Assembly (NCBI GenBank): GCA_037443525.1
Contig: JBBIOE010000008.1
Location: forward strand, 2,331 to 66,330
Length of the DNA: 64,000 nt
DNA from: Archangiaceae bacterium
GTDB taxonomy: Bacteria > Myxococcota > Myxococcia > Myxococcales > Myxococcaceae
Reading direction: 5' to 3'
Below, piece by piece: positions 61,866-64,000 of the stretch; position 1 is the first letter of the stretch; the number at the start of each line of letters is the position of its first letter. The position numbers were made by a program, and so were the translations under genes. The notes beneath the pieces were generated by a model. That model did no database searches and was not told the origin of the DNA. It saw nothing but the letters and a program-made list of their open reading frames with translations.

Positions 61866-63044
61866 TCATGCGGGGCGCTCCGCGACCAGCAGGCGCTCCA
61901 TCTCCTCGGGCTCGAGCGTGCGCCCCTCTCGGGAGAGCGCGACGGCGTTGACCTGCGCGTCCTCGATCTCCACGTGCGCGCCCTTGCGCCACTCGGTGGT
62001 GGCCTGGCCGCCGTCGACCAGTCGCCCCACCAGCGCGGTCTCGTCCCACTGCACCACCTCGGCCCAGAGCTGCTCCTCTTCGGGATCGTGGTCCGGTCCC
62101 TCGGGGTGCACCTCGAACGGCGCGCGCACCAGGAAGGTGAGCGGCTCCATCAGCCCCTTGCGCTGGTAGCGCGCCTTGAAGGCCGCAAGCAGCCTCGTCG
62201 CCATCTCCAGGAGCGCCTGCGCCTCCTCCTCGGTCTCTTCCTCGAAGCGCTCGCGGTAGTTCTCGAGCACCTCGTTCATGGCGTGCTTCCCCTCACTCGT
62301 CACCACCGTCACCATGTTGGAGTGGTGCTCCTCGAAGGACTCGGGGTCGACGCCGTAGAGGTTGGTGCGCGCCTCTTCGCTCGGCACCAGCATGAACGTG
62401 GCGCCGACGCTGGTGGCGACGGGCGTACGCAGAGCGGGGCCGTGCCCGAAGGCGATCTCGTTGCACAGCTCGTGGAAGAAGGTCTCCGCGGCCGGCAGAT
62501 CGTCTTCCTTGATGCCGAACATCTCGACGTCGGTGACGCCGAACTTGAGCATGCCGTGCGTGTGCACCCACAGGGTCTGGCTCGTGCCGACCTCCTGGGC
62601 GTGCACCGCGACGTGATCGCGAATGTCGAAGTCGAGCTCGGTGATCTCCTCCACGTCCTGCGGGGTGTGGAGCTTGAACGCGGTCACGTCCACCACCACG
62701 CCCTCCACCAGCTCGAGCAGCATGCGCGCCGTCCACAGCCCCTCGAAGACCGCCACGGTGCCCTGCGGCTGTCCGGGGGTGAAGGCGATCGTGTAGATGC
62801 CCTTGGCCTTCTCCAGCACGGCCTTCGACTCCGGCGTGCCGGTGAGGAGCTCCGGTGTCCACCCCACCGCATCGGCGCGCGCCTCGAAGCGCACGTCGAC
62901 CCGGGTCTCGGTGGCCCGCAACGAGAACAGCGCGTCGCCCTCGCCGATCACCACCTTCACGTCGTCCGACTCGAAGGCCTCGCGAATCGCCTCCTCGGCG
63001 ATGGGCACGGTGCTCGAAGTGGCGAGGAGGTAGACGTCCTTCAT
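61866..63044 (-). CDS. Hypothetical protein (392 aa)
   Basis: Intact ORF between the deoxynucleoside kinase gene and the regulator gene; 13-nt and 34-nt intergenic gaps. No confidently recognisable domain. Confidence 0.5.
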   Translation of the reverse strand: MKDVYLLATSSTVPIAEEAIREAFESDDVKVVIGEGDALFSLRATETRVDVRFEARADAVGWTPELLTGTPESKAVLEKAKGIYTIAFTPGQPQGTVAVFEGLWTARMLLELVEGVVVDVTAFKLHTPQDVEEITELDFDIRDHVAVHAQEVGTSQTLWVHTHGMLKFGVTDVEMFGIKEDDLPAAETFFHELCNEIAFGHGPALRTPVATSVGATFMLVPSEEARTNLYGVDPESFEEHHSNMVTVVTSEGKHAMNEVLENYRERFEEETEEEAQALLEMATRLLAAFKARYQRKGLMEPLTFLVRAPFEVHPEGPDHDPEEEQLWAEVVQWDETALVGRLVDGGQATTEWRKGAHVEIEDAQVNAVALSREGRTLEPEEMERLLVAERPA

Positions 63045-63078
63045 CGTGAGGGCGCTCGAGCTCGTCCGGACGGCGAGG

Positions 63079-63726
63079 TCACAGGTGCTTCTCGATCTGG
63101 CGGAAGAGATCCACCCGGTCCACCAGGTTGGTCAGGTAATCGAGGGTGTCCGTCGGGAGCACGAGCACGGGCGACATCTTGTACCGCGCAAACCAGTCTT
63201 CATACAGACCGTTGAGCCGCTTCAGGTACGCCGTGGGAATGTCCTGCTCCATCTTCCGCCCCCGCAGGCGAATGCGCTGCTTGAGCGTCTTCACCGGGCA
63301 GCGCAGGTAGATCATCAGGTCGGGCGGCTTCAGCGCCGCGGCCACGTTCTCGTAGAGCTCCCAGTACGTCTTCCAATCGCGGGCATCGATGAGCTTCTGG
63401 CGGTGGAGGTTCTTGGCGAAGATCTCCGCGTCCTCGTAGATGGTGCGGTCCTGCAGGGCGGTGCCGTCCTGGCGCTCGAGCTCGCGGTGCAGGCGAAACT
63501 TGTGCGTGAGGAAGAAGAGCTGGGAGCGGAAGGCCCACGTCTTCATGTCCCCGTAGAAGTCCTCCAGGTAGGGGTTGGCGTCGTTGGGCTCGTAGAACGG
63601 CTTGAGCCCGTAGCGCTTGCAGAGGAAGGACGTGAGCTCCGTCTTCCCGGCGCCGATGTTGCCCGCGATGGCGATGAACCGTTTTGACCCGGACACGAGC
63701 GGACCGTTTAGCACCGTTTGACGCAC
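63079..63726 (-). CDS. Deoxynucleoside kinase (dGK/dAK family)
   Basis: P-loop IAIAGNIGAGKTEL, ERS-like and Arg-rich lid motifs (…RIRLRGRKMEQD…). The start may be the internal GTG, which would give a shorter N-terminus. Confidence 0.8.
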   Translation of the reverse strand: MRQTVLNGPLVSGSKRFIAIAGNIGAGKTELTSFLCKRYGLKPFYEPNDANPYLEDFYGDMKTWAFRSQLFFLTHKFRLHRELERQDGTALQDRTIYEDAEIFAKNLHRQKLIDARDWKTYWELYENVAAALKPPDLMIYLRCPVKTLKQRIRLRGRKMEQDIPTAYLKRLNGLYEDWFARYKMSPVLVLPTDTLDYLTNLVDRVDLFRQIEKHL

Positions 63727-63751
63727 CTGCGTGCTATGCCGCGCGAGCGCC

Positions 63752-64000
63752 GTGTTCTGCCCTGCTCCCCACGCATGGTCCCGTCGAGCGGCCTACTCCG
63801 GGCGAGCCCTGGTGCTCGCCGCGGCGCTGGTGTCGGGGTGCCAGCGAGCGGCCGACCGAGAGGTCGACCGCGGCAACGCCGCCGCCTCGCAGGGCAAGCT
63901 CGAGGCCGCGCGCGACGCGTACGGGGCCGCGGCCGCCGCCGAGCCTGGGTCGATTCGGGCGCGGGCGCTCCTCGGCCAGGCGGTAGCCTTCGGGCAGCGA
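63752..64000 (+). CDS. 5' part of a lipoprotein gene (signal …ALVLAAALVSGC, then Ala-rich TPR-like helices); continues past the window end
   Basis: Open frame from the in-frame stop at 63719-63721; GTG candidates at 63731 and 63752. Divergent from the deoxynucleoside kinase gene. Not in the supplied ORF list because it is truncated. Confidence 0.35.
   Translation, partial: MFCPAPHAWSRRAAYSGRALVLAAALVSGCQRAADREVDRGNAAASQGKLEAARDAYGAAAAAEPGSIRARALLGQAVAFGQR

Overview
This 64-kb window is high-GC (roughly 70%) and looks like Myxococcota-type chromosomal DNA. The taxon call is inference from coding style and protein families: FHA-enhancer-binding proteins, PEGA domains, MopE-like Cys-rich repeat lipoproteins and choice-of-anchor-like surface lipoproteins. 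It is densely packed with housekeeping genes; I found no CRISPR array, transposase or integrase. The main blocks are:
- (i) a ~16.6-kb co-directional minus-strand array with many 4-nt start/stop overlaps. It runs liuC-like enoyl-CoA hydratase, PilZ, Hsp70-like, liuB-like carboxyltransferase, liuA-like acyl-CoA dehydrogenase, a 290-aa unknown, a MeaB-like GTPase, rnc, three tandem cyclophilins, era, der, a yfgM-like gene, bamB, a NUDIX hydrolase and an RNase-H-like exonuclease.
- (ii) a Tim44-like/TerB membrane protein and hutU-hutI plus a class-II glutamine amidotransferase.
- (iii) a conserved tsaE/nnr/pdxJ ... glmM-folP-ftsH-tilS block.
- (iv) a surface lipoprotein, a tandem ribbon-helix-helix pair, and a TonB-dependent receptor coupled to a 5'-nucleotidase-C-domain lipoprotein, opposite a ChaN/Tiki-like gene.
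- (v) PAP2, then plsB-PEGA-Cys-rich lipoprotein, and DsbD.
- (vi) a flotillin gene divergent from a complete iscS-iscU-iscA-hscB-hscA-fdx operon that has no iscR, followed by tRNA-Leu(CAG).
- (vii) a GHMP kinase, a cluster of REP/MITE-like inverted repeats, and a psuG / degenerate FHA-sigma54-activator / unknown / deoxynucleoside kinase operon.
The points most worth follow-up are the orphan MeaB-like GTPase with an unknown partner coupled to rnc, the PilZ-Hsp70 pair, the TonB-dependent receptor/5'-nucleotidase-C/ChaN module, the degenerate enhancer-binding protein in a nucleoside-salvage-like operon, the twin operator palindromes upstream of iscS, the dispersed repeat family, and insertions in IscS and FolP. 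All functional calls come from motif recognition by eye; no database search was run.
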